From: an uncultured Alphaproteobacteria bacterium
GTDB taxonomy: Bacteria; Pseudomonadota; Alphaproteobacteria; Bin95
Reading direction: 5' to 3'
Assembly: GCA_963974445.1 (NCBI GenBank)
Contig: CAXBDI010000002.1
Coordinates: forward strand, 5,003 to 69,002
Length of the DNA: 64,000 bases
Under the pieces are notes generated by a model. The model did no database searches, was not told where the DNA came from, and worked only from the letters and a program-made list of their open reading frames with translations. Numbering within the stretch: the first letter of the stretch is position 1; the number at the start of each line of letters is the position of its first letter. This document shows positions 40,747 to 50,824 of the stretch, one piece after another. Made by a program: the position numbers and the translations under genes.

Positions 40747-41727
40747 ATGAAATACGGCCTCTACCTCAACCCACAATTCCCGAACGGCGACGACCCACGG
40801 AAGGCTCTAGACGGGCTGTTGGCGCAGGCGCGGGTGGCGAAAGACACGGGCTTCAGCTCGATCTGGCTGCCACATCACTTCGCCACCAATCCGGTGCGCA
40901 TGTTCGACACCCACACGCTGATGGCCCGCCTCACCGCGGAGGCGCCAGACACGATGATCGGGCCGGCGGTGCTGCTGCTGCCGGTGCAGAACCCGGTGTT
41001 CGTGGCGGAGCAGGCTGCGACGCTCGACTGGCTCTCCGGCGGCAATTATGTGCTGGCGGCGGGGCTCGGCTATCGTGAGGAGGAGTTTGCGATCCACGGC
41101 GCCAAGCTCTCGGAACGGGTCGGGCGCATGGTCGAGAGCATCGAGGTTATCCGCCGCCTCTGGACCGAGGAGCGGGTGACCCATCACGGCAAATACTATC
41201 ACCTCGACGATATCGGCCTCTCCATGCGCCCGGTCAGGCCGGAGGGTTGTCCGATCTGGGTCGGCGCCAGCGTGCCGACGTCGGTCAGGCGGGCGGCGAA
41301 GGTCGGCGACGCCTGGATCGCCAGCTTCACCCAGACCTTCGACCAGTTGGCCAGCCTGAAGCGCGACTACGACGCCGCGCGCAAAGAAGCCGGACTGCCG
41401 CCGCCCGCGACCCAGCCCGTCTGCCGCGAATGCTTCATCGGCCCGGACAATGCGACGGCGCTGGCCACCTGCCGCCCGGCATTACTGTATAAATACAAGG
41501 CCTATGCCTCGTGGCGCGGCGAGGATACCGCGGCGCTTGAGGCAAACTTCGACGCCTTCATCGACGACCACTTCATCGTCGGCGACGCGGCCAAGGTGCG
41601 CGATCAGATCGCCAAGGTGATCGAGTCGACCGGCGGTGACCACCTGATCCTGCGCATGCACTGGCCAAGCCTCGATCCGGCCGAAACGCTGAAAAGCATC
41701 GAGCGGGCGCGGGCGATCATCGGTTAA
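40747..41727 (+). CDS. LLM-class F420/flavin-dependent oxidoreductase
   Basis: Contains MKYGLYLNPQF..AKDTGFSSIWLPHHF..NYVLAAGLGYREEEF. ATG at 40747. The track start at 40645 lies inside the palindromic repeat. Confidence 0.8.
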   Translation: MKYGLYLNPQFPNGDDPRKALDGLLAQARVAKDTGFSSIWLPHHFATNPVRMFDTHTLMARLTAEAPDTMIGPAVLLLPVQNPVFVAEQAATLDWLSGGNYVLAAGLGYREEEFAIHGAKLSERVGRMVESIEVIRRLWTEERVTHHGKYYHLDDIGLSMRPVRPEGCPIWVGASVPTSVRRAAKVGDAWIASFTQTFDQLASLKRDYDAARKEAGLPPPATQPVCRECFIGPDNATALATCRPALLYKYKAYASWRGEDTAALEANFDAFIDDHFIVGDAAKVRDQIAKVIESTGGDHLILRMHWPSLDPAETLKSIERARAIIG

Positions 41728-41932
41728 CGACGAGAGCTCGTCAGCACGAGGCGTCCGGGCACTCACTTTGGCCACGCTCGAGGCTGTTCCAAGCGCGATC
41801 CACAGGGGGCCACGGGGAACTTCCAACGCACGGATGGGTTTCACGGATTAGGCGCGCACACTATATTCCAACCAATCGCGGCCTGCCGGTGGTGCGGCCG
41901 TTCCCGTTCTTCTTGGATAAGGTGCAAGATCA

Positions 41933-43390
41933 ATGCAGTTGAACGACCCGAAGCTGTTCCGCCAACAGGCTTATATCAATGGCAAGTGGTCCGACGCCGA
42001 CAGCGGCGAGACGGCGGAGGTCACCAATCCGTCCAACAATGAAGTGATCGGCACCGTGCCGAACATGGGGCCGGACGAGACCCGCCGCGCCATCGAGGCC
42101 GCCAACGCCGCATGGCCGGCATGGCGGGCAAAGACCGCGAAGGAACGCTCCGACATCCTGCGCCGCTGGTACAACCTGATGACGGAAGCCACCGACGATC
42201 TGGCCAAGATCATGACATTGGAGCAGGGCAAACCGCTGGCGGAGGCCGCCGGCGAAATCGCCTATGGCGCCAGCTTCGTTGAGTGGTTCGCAGAGGAAGC
42301 GCGGCGGCTCTATGGCGACGTCATCCCACCGCATCAGGCCGACAAGCGCATCGTGGTGATCAAGCAGCCTGTCGGCGTTTGCTGCGCCATCACGCCCTGG
42401 AACTTTCCGAACTCGATGATCACCCGCAAGGCCGGGCCGGCGCTGGCCGCAGGGTGCCCGATGATCTTGAAACCGGCATCGGCAACCCCGTTCAGCGCTT
42501 TGGCGCTGGCCGAACTCGCCGAGCGCGCCGGCGTGCCCGCCGGGATTTTCAGTGTCGTGACCTGCGCCGGCAAGAATTCCGGCAAGGTCGGCACCGAAAT
42601 GTGCACCAACCCGATTGTCCGCAAGGTTACGTTCACCGGCTCGACGCCGGTCGGCAAGATGCTGATGAAGCAAACCGCCGATACGGTGAAAAAAGTGTCG
42701 ATGGAGTTGGGCGGCAATGCCCCGTTTATCGTGTTCGAGGACGCCGACCTCGACGCCGCGGTCGAAGGCGCAATTGCCAGCAAATACCGCAACGCCGGCC
42801 AGACTTGCGTTTGCAGTAACCGCATCTATGTGCAGGACGGCGTGTACGATGCATTCGCGGAAAAGATGACGAAGGCGGTTGCCGAACTGAAAGTCGGCGA
42901 CGGCATGGAGCCCGGCGTGGCTATCGGCCCGCTCATCAACCAGGACGCTGTCGATAAGATGGAAGAGCACATCGGCGACGCCGTCTCGAAGGGCGCGCGT
43001 GTGGTGCTCGGTGGCAAGCTGCACGCGCTGGGCGGCACCTTCTACGAACCGACTGTGGTCACCGGCGTGACTCAGGAAATGCTGGTCGCCCGCGACGAGA
43101 CGTTCGGCCCGCTTGCTCCGCTGTTCCGTTTCGACACAGAGGAAGAAGCCGTGCAGATGGCGAACGACACCGAGTTCGGCCTCGCCAGCTACTTCTATAC
43201 CCGAGACATGTCGCGCGTTTGGCGCGTGTCGGAGGCTCTGGAATACGGCATTGTCGGCGTCAACACCGGCCTGATCTCGACGACCGTCGCCCCCTTCGGC
43301 GGCATGAAGGAGAGTGGGATCGGCCGCGAGGGCTCGAAGTTCGGCATCGAGGATTACCTTGAGGTCAAATACGTCTGCATGGGCATTTAA
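41933..43390 (+). CDS. gabD: NAD(P)-dependent succinate-semialdehyde dehydrogenase
   Basis: 485-aa aldehyde dehydrogenase with ..VSMELGGNAPFIVF.. and ..NAGQTCVCSNR.., plus a GabD-like N-terminus QAYINGKW. Confidence 0.9.
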   Translation: MQLNDPKLFRQQAYINGKWSDADSGETAEVTNPSNNEVIGTVPNMGPDETRRAIEAANAAWPAWRAKTAKERSDILRRWYNLMTEATDDLAKIMTLEQGKPLAEAAGEIAYGASFVEWFAEEARRLYGDVIPPHQADKRIVVIKQPVGVCCAITPWNFPNSMITRKAGPALAAGCPMILKPASATPFSALALAELAERAGVPAGIFSVVTCAGKNSGKVGTEMCTNPIVRKVTFTGSTPVGKMLMKQTADTVKKVSMELGGNAPFIVFEDADLDAAVEGAIASKYRNAGQTCVCSNRIYVQDGVYDAFAEKMTKAVAELKVGDGMEPGVAIGPLINQDAVDKMEEHIGDAVSKGARVVLGGKLHALGGTFYEPTVVTGVTQEMLVARDETFGPLAPLFRFDTEEEAVQMANDTEFGLASYFYTRDMSRVWRVSEALEYGIVGVNTGLISTTVAPFGGMKESGIGREGSKFGIEDYLEVKYVCMGI

Positions 43391-43422
43391 GACGGCCGGA
43401 TGCAGCCCCGCGGCAGGACATC

Positions 43423-43989
43423 ATGAAAGAGACCCTGCCAAACCTGTTGACGGCGCTCCGGATCGCAGCATCGCTGGCGCCTCTGGCGGTGCTGGCCAGC
43501 GCGCCTGCGACCGCAGCCGGCGTTGCGCTTATCGTCCTGATCGTCGCTGGCCTGACCGACTATCTCGACGGCAAGCTGGCCAGGACCTGGGGCGTCACCT
43601 CCCGGCTGGGGCAGGTGCTGGATTCCATCGCCGACAAGCTGATCTTCGCCAGCCTCATCGTGCTCGCCATTGTCCATGGCCTGTTCGGGCCGATTGGTGT
43701 CGGCATCGCCTTGCTGCTGCTGTTGCGCGAAATCTGGGTCGGTGGATTGCGCGAGGGTTTAGGCCAAGCCTCGGCCTTGCTAAGCGCCTCCAAGATCGCC
43801 AAGTGGAAGACGATGTTGCAGTTTGCCGGACTGATTGTCGTGTTTGCCAACGCTTGGGCCGGCCTCGGGTTCAGTTGGATCGCCGAGTTCGCCTTGGCGC
43901 CGGCGCTGGTGTTGAGTCTAATCAGCGCCTGGGACTATTCCCGTCGCGGGCTTCCGGCGCTGGCTCAGCACCACCCGCAAGACAAATGA
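43423..43989 (+). CDS. pgsA: CDP-alcohol phosphatidyltransferase (phosphatidylglycerophosphate synthase-like)
   Basis: The DG..AR...........G..LD...DK motif appears as LTDYLDGKLARTWGVTSRLGQVLDSIADKL. It sits in the conserved pgsA-moaD-moaE order. Confidence 0.85.
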   Translation: MKETLPNLLTALRIAASLAPLAVLASAPATAAGVALIVLIVAGLTDYLDGKLARTWGVTSRLGQVLDSIADKLIFASLIVLAIVHGLFGPIGVGIALLLLLREIWVGGLREGLGQASALLSASKIAKWKTMLQFAGLIVVFANAWAGLGFSWIAEFALAPALVLSLISAWDYSRRGLPALAQHHPQDK

Positions 43990-44001
43990 GGATGCGCTGC
44001 G

Positions 44002-44253
44002 ATGAGGCTGTTATATTTCGCCTGGCTTCGCGCCAAGATCGGCACGGGGCGGGAGCAGTTGGACCCGCCGGCCACGGTCGTCTCGGTCCGGGATCTGGTG
44101 GCGTGGCTGACACAGCGCAGCCCTGGCCACGCTGAGGCATTCGCCGATCTTTCCTGTGTGCGCGCTGCGATCAATCAGGAGTTCGTCGACCTGGACGCCG
44201 CGATCCCCGATCAAGCCGAAGTCGCCTTCTTCCCACCGGTCACCGGAGGCTGA
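44002..44253 (+). CDS. moaD: Molybdopterin synthase sulfur-carrier subunit
   Basis: 83 aa, ending ..FFPPVTGG (C-terminal Gly-Gly). Confidence 0.88.
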   Translation: MRLLYFAWLRAKIGTGREQLDPPATVVSVRDLVAWLTQRSPGHAEAFADLSCVRAAINQEFVDLDAAIPDQAEVAFFPPVTGG

Positions 44254-44259
44254 CGGGCG

Positions 44260-44718
44260 ATGACCGTGCGAGTCCAAGCCGACCGCTTCGACGCCGGGAC
44301 CGAAACCGACCGGCTGGTCGGTGGCAACACCAAGATCGGCGGTGTCGCCAGTTTCATCGGCTATGTCCGCGATTTCTCAACGGAAAGCGGCGTCGTCGCC
44401 ATGACGCTGGAGCACTACCCCGGCATGACCGAGCGCATGCTAGAGCAGATCGAGGCCGAGGCACGGCAACGCTGGGCGTTGGAAGACGCCCTGATCGTGC
44501 ACCGCTTTGGCCGCATGACCGTCGGCGAGCCCATCGTGCTGGTGGTCACCGCCGCCGGCCACCGGCAGGCAGCGTTCGACAGTTGCGCTTTTCTGATGGA
44601 CTGGCTCAAGACCAAGGCACCGTTCTGGAAGTGCGAAGAGACCGCCGACGGCGCCGAACACTGGGTCGATGCCCGCGAAAGCGACGACCATGCGGCCGCC
44701 CGCTGGGGCAAGGCCTGA
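44260..44718 (+). CDS. moaE: Molybdopterin synthase catalytic subunit
   Basis: Contains ..GGVASFIGYVRD...LEHYPGM..HRFGRMTVGEPIVLVVTAAGHRQAAFDSCAFLMDWLKTKAPFWK. Confidence 0.93.
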   Translation: MTVRVQADRFDAGTETDRLVGGNTKIGGVASFIGYVRDFSTESGVVAMTLEHYPGMTERMLEQIEAEARQRWALEDALIVHRFGRMTVGEPIVLVVTAAGHRQAAFDSCAFLMDWLKTKAPFWKCEETADGAEHWVDARESDDHAAARWGKA

Positions 44719-44857
44719 GCGCTCGCACCCTCTGATCCTCCGACATTAAGACTTCATCCCTTCTCATCGTGAGCCCATGCGCTTTCTGCGGGGCAGCTTT
44801 GCGTTTTGGGCCCTGTTTCGGCGTGAAATAGACCCCATCTTTGCGCCATGATCCAAA

Positions 44858-45073
44858 ATGGAAAGGACAAAGACCATGGGCTCCGTAACATTTTTCGCCC
44901 CCTCGATCCCCCGCAAGGCTCCCTCCACCGACTTCGTGCATCGCGGCGTCAAGGCGGTCAAATCCTGGCTGCAACGCCGTCGTGAGCACGCTCAACTGGC
45001 GGCGATGAGCGACCACCAGTTGAAGGATATCGGCCTGACCCGGGGCGATGTCTTCCGGGAGTTGAACAGCTAA
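44858..45073 (+). CDS. DUF1127-domain small protein
   Basis: The C-terminus ..RRREHAQLAAMSDHQLKDIGLTRGDVFRE is family-typical. An alternative start is at 44876. Confidence 0.75.
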   Translation: MERTKTMGSVTFFAPSIPRKAPSTDFVHRGVKAVKSWLQRRREHAQLAAMSDHQLKDIGLTRGDVFRELNS

Positions 45074-45263
45074 CCGCCGACACAGGCTGCCTGTACTAGC
45101 GGCGGCAAACGGTTTCGACCCGTTATTTCGCGTCATCAACACAGTGCCGGGTTAGGCCGGATGCAAGCGTCCCGGACGCGGGCATTGTGAGGGCGAGCGG
45201 GCATTGACGCAGGCCCGCTCAAAGCCCCGGTGATCGGGACGCGATCCATCCCTGCAGCGCCGA

Positions 45264-45302
45264 TGGGTTGCCGCGCCGCCCAATGCCGGCTCGCAATGAC
45301 GC
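45264..45302. repeat. Partial copy of the type B repeat
   Basis: TGGGTTGCCGCGCCGCC..GGCTCGCAATGACGC aligns with 40641-40679 (TGGGTTGCCGCGTCGCC..GCTCCTCGCAATGACGC). Confidence 0.5.
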
Positions 45303-45331
45303 TGGAAGGCGGGTGATTGAGGCCGTCGGTA

Positions 45332-46855
45332 TTACGCCACGCCTGGCGCATTTTCCTGGAGCCAGTCTTCCAGGCCGGCGGCCTCCTCTGCCGTAAGCCG
45401 CAGACCGAGTTTCGAGCGTCGCCATAGGATATCGTCGGCGGACCTTGCCCACTCGCGTTCGACCAGCCACCGCACCTCCCGCTCCGTCAGGTTCCAGCCG
45501 AGGCAGCGCCCAAGGTCGCCGGCACTCTCAGCTTCGCCCAGCACGTCCGCGGCCTGCGTGCCATAAGATCGCCAGAGCCGCTGCGCCCAAATCCGATCCA
45601 GAAAGGCGTAGCGCTGCCGGAGCGCCGCGATTTCACGGTCCCGCTCTTCCGCCACGAAGTCGCCGCCGGGCAGTGGCGCCGTCGCGGTCCAACTGCCGCG
45701 CATGGCGGGAAAGTGCGGCTGTAGCTTCCACAGAGCCACTTCGCTCAGCCGCCGGAAGGTGGTGATTTTGCCGCCAAGAATGGTCAGAAGCGGCGGCTCA
45801 CCCTCTCCAGCCTCCAACTTCAGCAGATAGTCGCGGGTGGTGGCGCTAGCCGAGGCACTGCCATCGTCGACGAGCGGCCGCACGCCGGCAAATGTGCGCA
45901 CGATGTCAGAGTCTTCCAGCGGTTTTCGGAAATAGGTGGACACGATGTCGCGCAGATAGGTCACTTCCTCCACTGTGCATCGAACCTCGCTCGGATCGTC
46001 ATGATGCTCCCGATCCGTAGTGCCGATCAATGTGAAATTTTCCTCGTAAGGGATTGCAAACACGATGCGATTGTCGGCGTTCTGCAACACATAACAGCGG
46101 TCGTGATCGAACAGGCGCTTGGTGACGATATGCGAGCCGCGCACCAGCCGGACCTTCGGCGGATGCTGCGCCTGCAACCGGTTCGCGCTGATCTCCCCGA
46201 CCCAGGGGCCGGCGGCATTGACCAGCGCGCGCGCTTTCACGCTGAACGAGGCGCCGCTCGACAAGTCCCGCAGTTCGGCATGCCATAACGCGCCATCGCG
46301 CCGCGCGGTTTCCAGACGGGTCCAGGTCATGATCGTAGCGCCGCGGTCCGCGGCATCGCGGGCATTGAGCACGACCAGCCGGGCGTCATCCACCCAGCAA
46401 TCCGAGTACTCAAAGCCGCGCACGAAGGCGGCCTGCAATGGCACGCCGACGGCATCTTTGCGCAGGTCGACGACCCGTGTCGGCGGCAAATATCGCCGCC
46501 CGCCCAGGTGATCGTAGAGGAACAGACCGAGGCGGATCAGCCAGAACGGCCGCAAGCCCTTGTGATGCGGCAGCACGAACCGCATCGGCCAGGCGATGTG
46601 CGGCATGTTCCGCCACAGGATTTCCCGCTCGATCAGGGCCTCGCGCACCAAGCGGAACTCATAGTGCTCCAGGTAGCGCAAGCCGCCATGGAACAGCTTG
46701 GTCGAGGCGGAAGACGTTGCTCCGGCCAGATCGCCCATCTCGCAGAGCGTCACCGACAGGCCACGCCCGGCGGCATCCCGGGCGATGCCGCAGCCGTTGA
46801 TGCCGCCGCCGACGATCAGCACATCGACCGGGTCACCTGATGCCGGGGGTTGCAC
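45332..46855 (-). CDS. glpD: Aerobic glycerol-3-phosphate dehydrogenase
   Basis: Contains DVLIVGGGINGCGIARDAAGRGLSV..FHGGLRYLEHYEFRLV. Confidence 0.93.
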   Translation of the reverse strand: MQPPASGDPVDVLIVGGGINGCGIARDAAGRGLSVTLCEMGDLAGATSSASTKLFHGGLRYLEHYEFRLVREALIEREILWRNMPHIAWPMRFVLPHHKGLRPFWLIRLGLFLYDHLGGRRYLPPTRVVDLRKDAVGVPLQAAFVRGFEYSDCWVDDARLVVLNARDAADRGATIMTWTRLETARRDGALWHAELRDLSSGASFSVKARALVNAAGPWVGEISANRLQAQHPPKVRLVRGSHIVTKRLFDHDRCYVLQNADNRIVFAIPYEENFTLIGTTDREHHDDPSEVRCTVEEVTYLRDIVSTYFRKPLEDSDIVRTFAGVRPLVDDGSASASATTRDYLLKLEAGEGEPPLLTILGGKITTFRRLSEVALWKLQPHFPAMRGSWTATAPLPGGDFVAEERDREIAALRQRYAFLDRIWAQRLWRSYGTQAADVLGEAESAGDLGRCLGWNLTEREVRWLVEREWARSADDILWRRSKLGLRLTAEEAAGLEDWLQENAPGVA

Positions 46856-46884
46856 CAGGCCGCCTTAGAATTTATCGATCCGAA

Positions 46885-47829
46885 TCAATTTGTTCCAACC
46901 AAAGCATCGACCTCAGCCTTCTCCTCGGCACTCAAGGTCCAGCCGGCGGCGCTGACATTGCTCGCAATCTGCTCTGGCCGGGTGGCGCCGGCGATGACGC
47001 TGGCGACCGCAGGTTCCGCCAACAGCCAGCCGAACGCCAACTCCAGCAGCGTGTGGCCATGGCTTTTGGCGTAGGCGTCCAACGCCTCCACCTTGTCCCA
47101 GTTCGCATCGGTCACATAGGCGCGGTTCGCGAACTTCGGCGTCGTCGTGAGGCGGGCGCCATCCGGCATCGCATCGCGCTTGTATTTGCCGGTCAGCAAA
47201 CCGCTCGCCAACGGGAAATAGGGCAGCAATCCAAAGCCATTGCGGCGGGCGACCGGCAAAACGTCCGTCTCGATAGCCCGGTTCAGCAGATTGTATTCCT
47301 CCTGCGCCGAGACAAACCCGCCGATATTCGCCAACTCCGCCGCAAAATGCGCCTCTACCATCTGCCAGGCCGGCAGGTTGGAGCAGCCGATATAGCGGAC
47401 CTTGCCTGAGGTCACCAAATCCTCCAGCGCCCGCAAGGTCTCGTCGATAGGCGTCAGCGGATCCGGCTGATGCAATTGATAGAGGTCGAGCCAGTCGGTG
47501 CGCAGGCGGCGCAGCGAATCCTCGATCGCCTGCATGATCCACCAGCGCGAGCCGCCGCGCTTCTTACCTGCATCGTCCATGTTCATGCCGAATTTCGATG
47601 CCAGCACGATGTCCTTGCGCCGCGCACCCAGCACAGCGCCCATGTGCGTTTCCGAGCCACCGCGGCCACCATACATATCCGCCGTGTCGAACAGGGCAAT
47701 GCCGGCGTCGATGGCCGCATGGACGACCGCGCCGGTGCCGGCCTCATCCAACTTGGCGCCGAAATTGTTGCAGCCGAGGCCGACGGTAGACACGCGCAGG
47801 CCGGAGCGGCCGAGATTGCGGAATTCCAT
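46885..47829 (-). CDS. Aldo/keto reductase
   Basis: Contains MEFRNLGRSGLRVSTVGLGCNNFG..FDTADMYG..LDLYQLHQPD. ATG at 47829. Confidence 0.88.
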   Translation of the reverse strand: MEFRNLGRSGLRVSTVGLGCNNFGAKLDEAGTGAVVHAAIDAGIALFDTADMYGGRGGSETHMGAVLGARRKDIVLASKFGMNMDDAGKKRGGSRWWIMQAIEDSLRRLRTDWLDLYQLHQPDPLTPIDETLRALEDLVTSGKVRYIGCSNLPAWQMVEAHFAAELANIGGFVSAQEEYNLLNRAIETDVLPVARRNGFGLLPYFPLASGLLTGKYKRDAMPDGARLTTTPKFANRAYVTDANWDKVEALDAYAKSHGHTLLELAFGWLLAEPAVASVIAGATRPEQIASNVSAAGWTLSAEEKAEVDALVGTN

Positions 47830-48020
47830 GCCAAAACAGTCCTTTGTAATGTGGTCCGGTAATTGCCCCATGACTAGGCGGGCACGGTACGCTAGCATCG
47901 CTGTCGCCCCGTGGCGAGATCGCGTAACCGCCGCGCATTCAGCTTGTAGCGCCGGCGCCCGCTCCTCTAGGATCGCACGATCAATCGCTTCAGACGAATT
48001 TTCCCGGAGGACGCCAAACC

Positions 48021-48965
48021 GTGATCGACCTATTGCAAGTCTCGCCCCTGCCCCCGTTTCTGGTTGAACGGTTGCAGAAGGAGTACACCCTCCACGACTT
48101 CGTCAATCCAAGCGACCCGGACAAGCTGCTGGAGCAGGTCGGCCCGCGCATTCGCGGCATTTTGGCCGGTGGCGGCAAGGGACCGAACGCCAACCTGATC
48201 AACCGGCTGGAAAATCTGGAGATCATTTCGTCCTTCAGCGTCGGCTTCGATGCGACCGACGTTGTGGCGGCCCAGGCCCGCGGCGTCATCGTCACGCACA
48301 CGCCGGAGGTCCTGACCGGCGACGTCGCCGACCTCGCCATGACCTTTATCCTGATGATCACCCGACGGATCGGCGAGTCGGAACGGTTCTTGCGCAACGG
48401 CGAATGGCTGAAGGGGCGGATGGACCTGGGAACGACTGTGCGTGGCAAGCGGCTGGGCATTCTGGGCCTTGGCCGCATTGGCAAGGCGGTCGCGCGGCGG
48501 GCGGAGGTGTTCGGGCTGCACATCCAGTATCACGACATCAAGCCGCTGGGCGACCTCACCTACCGCTCCTATCCGACATTGCTGGACCTGGCGAAAGCCA
48601 GCGATATCCTGCTGGTCACCTGCGAGGGTGGGGCCGCCAACCGCGGCATCGTTAACGCGGAGGTGCTGGACGCCCTCGGCCCGGACGGATTCCTGGTCAA
48701 CACTGCCCGCGGGCCGATCATCGACCAGCCAGCGATGGTCAAGGCATTGCAGGACGGCCGTATCGCCGGCGCGGCGCTGGACGTATTCGACGGAGAGCCG
48801 GAAGTGCCGCAAGCCCTGGTCGAGATGGAAAACGTCGTGCTGACACCGCATATCGCCAGCTCTACCCACGAAACGCGCCGCGCCATGGGCGACCTCGTCT
48901 ACGACAATCTGAAGGCGCATTTCAGCGGCAAGCCGGTGCTGACGCCGGTGCCGCCACAGGTCTGA
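48021..48965 (+). CDS. D-isomer-specific 2-hydroxyacid dehydrogenase (glyoxylate/hydroxypyruvate reductase-like)
   Basis: Contains LGILGLGRIGKAVARR..NTARGPIIDQPAMV..AALDVF..EP..LTPHIASST. Confidence 0.9.
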   Translation: MIDLLQVSPLPPFLVERLQKEYTLHDFVNPSDPDKLLEQVGPRIRGILAGGGKGPNANLINRLENLEIISSFSVGFDATDVVAAQARGVIVTHTPEVLTGDVADLAMTFILMITRRIGESERFLRNGEWLKGRMDLGTTVRGKRLGILGLGRIGKAVARRAEVFGLHIQYHDIKPLGDLTYRSYPTLLDLAKASDILLVTCEGGAANRGIVNAEVLDALGPDGFLVNTARGPIIDQPAMVKALQDGRIAGAALDVFDGEPEVPQALVEMENVVLTPHIASSTHETRRAMGDLVYDNLKAHFSGKPVLTPVPPQV

Positions 48966-49009
48966 GTCGCCGGTCCTACCCTCCCCTCGCAGTTTGATTG
49001 TCCTCGCCT

Positions 49010-50299
49010 ATGATTTCCGCTCTGCGCGCGTCGATATTTCAAGCGATCTCTCCCAAAGTGTTCTACGGCTGGGTGATCCTGGCCGTAGCTGCTCTGATTA
49101 TGTTCGGCACCGGCCCGGGGCAATCGCACCTGATCGGTCTGTTCTTCGATCCGATTTCGCAGGAACTGGGTCTGTCGCGCACCAGCATTGCCGCTGCCTA
49201 TGGCAGTGCCACCTTGATCGCAGCGTTGGCGTTGCCGCGCATGGGCAGGCTGGTCGACCGGCACGGGCCGGCAACGATGCTGTCGATCATCGCCTTCGGG
49301 CTCGGTGCATTCGCCATCCTGTTCAGCTTCGCCACCGGATGGATCTATCTGGCCGTCGGCTTTGCCGGCCTGCGGTTTCTGGGCCAAGGCTCGCTGATGC
49401 TGAACTGCGCCAACATGGCGGCGCAGTGGTTCGACCGCAAGCGCGGCTTCGCCGTCGGGCTGATGACCCTGGGCTTTCCGATCTCCATCGCCGTGCATCC
49501 GCCCATCGTGCAATGGCTGATCGAGACCGTCGGCTGGCGCGAGGCGTGGATCTGGCTCGGCATCTCCACCTGGGTGATACTGATCCCGCCGATCATCCTG
49601 TTTCTCTACAGCAAGCCCAGCGACGTCGGCCTGCGCCCGGATGGTGACGCGGTTCCTGCCGACAACAGCCCGCCGCCGCCGCTGGTCGGCTATTCACGGC
49701 AGCAGGCGCTGCGCATGCCGGCGTTCTATCTGATCATCGCCGGCATGAGTTCGCTGTCGATGCTGGTGACCAGCCTGCATGTGGAATACACCGGCATCCT
49801 GAAGGCACACGGGCTCGACGGCCAGACGGCGGCGACGATGTTCACGATCAGCGGCATCTCCGCCGCCATCCTGATGCCGATGGTCGGCCGCATGCTCGAC
49901 GTGTTGCCGACCAAGTGGATGTATTTCAGCGGACTTTGGGTGATGAGCGCGTCGCTGCTCTCCGCAACCCTGGTCGAAGGCCTGGTGAGCGCGATTGTTT
50001 TCGCGGTGATTTTCGGCCTGAACAACGCGGTGACCATGACCTTTGTTGGGTTCTTGTGGCCGCGCTATTTCGGGCGGAAGTATCTGGGCTCGATCCAGGG
50101 CACCGGTCAGATGATCATGATCATCGGCGCCAGTCTCGGGCCGCTGCCGCTGGGATTCGCGCTGGATCGATGGGGAGCTTACGACGGCATGCTGATCGCG
50201 CTCGCGATGATCCCGCTCGGCGTTTCCGCCGCGGTCGCCGTGTTGATGCCGCACCCGAAAATGCCGGAGCCGGACGAACAGGCTCCGGCCGCCCGGTAG
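49010..50299 (+). CDS. MFS transporter
   Basis: About 12 predicted TM segments, with LPRMGRLVDRHG as an MFS loop 2-3 motif. The ATG at 49010 was preferred to the TTG at 48998. Confidence 0.85.
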   Translation: MISALRASIFQAISPKVFYGWVILAVAALIMFGTGPGQSHLIGLFFDPISQELGLSRTSIAAAYGSATLIAALALPRMGRLVDRHGPATMLSIIAFGLGAFAILFSFATGWIYLAVGFAGLRFLGQGSLMLNCANMAAQWFDRKRGFAVGLMTLGFPISIAVHPPIVQWLIETVGWREAWIWLGISTWVILIPPIILFLYSKPSDVGLRPDGDAVPADNSPPPPLVGYSRQQALRMPAFYLIIAGMSSLSMLVTSLHVEYTGILKAHGLDGQTAATMFTISGISAAILMPMVGRMLDVLPTKWMYFSGLWVMSASLLSATLVEGLVSAIVFAVIFGLNNAVTMTFVGFLWPRYFGRKYLGSIQGTGQMIMIIGASLGPLPLGFALDRWGAYDGMLIALAMIPLGVSAAVAVLMPHPKMPEPDEQAPAAR

Positions 50300-50300
50300 G

Positions 50301-50723
50301 CTATTTCTTCACGCCAACGACGGCGGCGCCGCATGTCTCGGCGCCTTCCGGGCCTTTGAAGACCAGGTAGTAGACGGACATCCGCTCCGGCTTGAACGTC
50401 GTCATCGCCTGCATCGCGTCGCCTGACTTGTTCGAGAGCACCGGTTTGCGCGTGCTCGTCTCCAGCGCGAACTCCGTCGAGTCCGCCGCCGGGCCGCAAA
50501 TCGCCACCTGGTAGGACATCCGCGAGGTCATGACATTGTCGTCCTCGACCATCAGAGTCTTGCCGGCCTCGCTGGTCAGTTCGTAGGTGTTCAAGACCGA
50601 ATACCCGGACTCCAATTTGGCCTTGCACTCTTCGACGATTGCGGCGGCATCGCACGCCGCATAGGCCGAACCGGCAGCAAAAATGGTAACAACCGCCAGG
50701 CCGGCGGCTTTCAGATTTAACAT
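50301..50723 (-). CDS. Secreted hypothetical protein (four Cys)
   Basis: Signal peptide MLNLKAAGLAVVTIFAAGSAYA followed by [11 protein letters not shown].. I recognise no family. Confidence 0.5.
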   Translation of the reverse strand: MLNLKAAGLAVVTIFAAGSAYAACDAAAIVEECKAKLESGYSVLNTYELTSEAGKTLMVEDDNVMTSRMSYQVAICGPAADSTEFALETSTRKPVLSNKSGDAMQAMTTFKPERMSVYYLVFKGPEGAETCGAAVVGVKK

Positions 50724-50824
50724 GCTTGGGGGTTCCTTGATATCGATAGAGATCGCCGCGAACTTACGACAATAGGCAGGACGACGAAACAGGATAGCAG
50801 GTGGCTAGATGGACGCGGGCGCGG

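Noticed and set aside
45074-45105. Hairpin CCGCCG..ACAGG-CTG-CCTGT..CGGCGG after the DUF1127 gene, considered as an intrinsic terminator
   Set aside because: The stem is interrupted and no T-tract follows, so I cannot support a terminator call from sequence alone.
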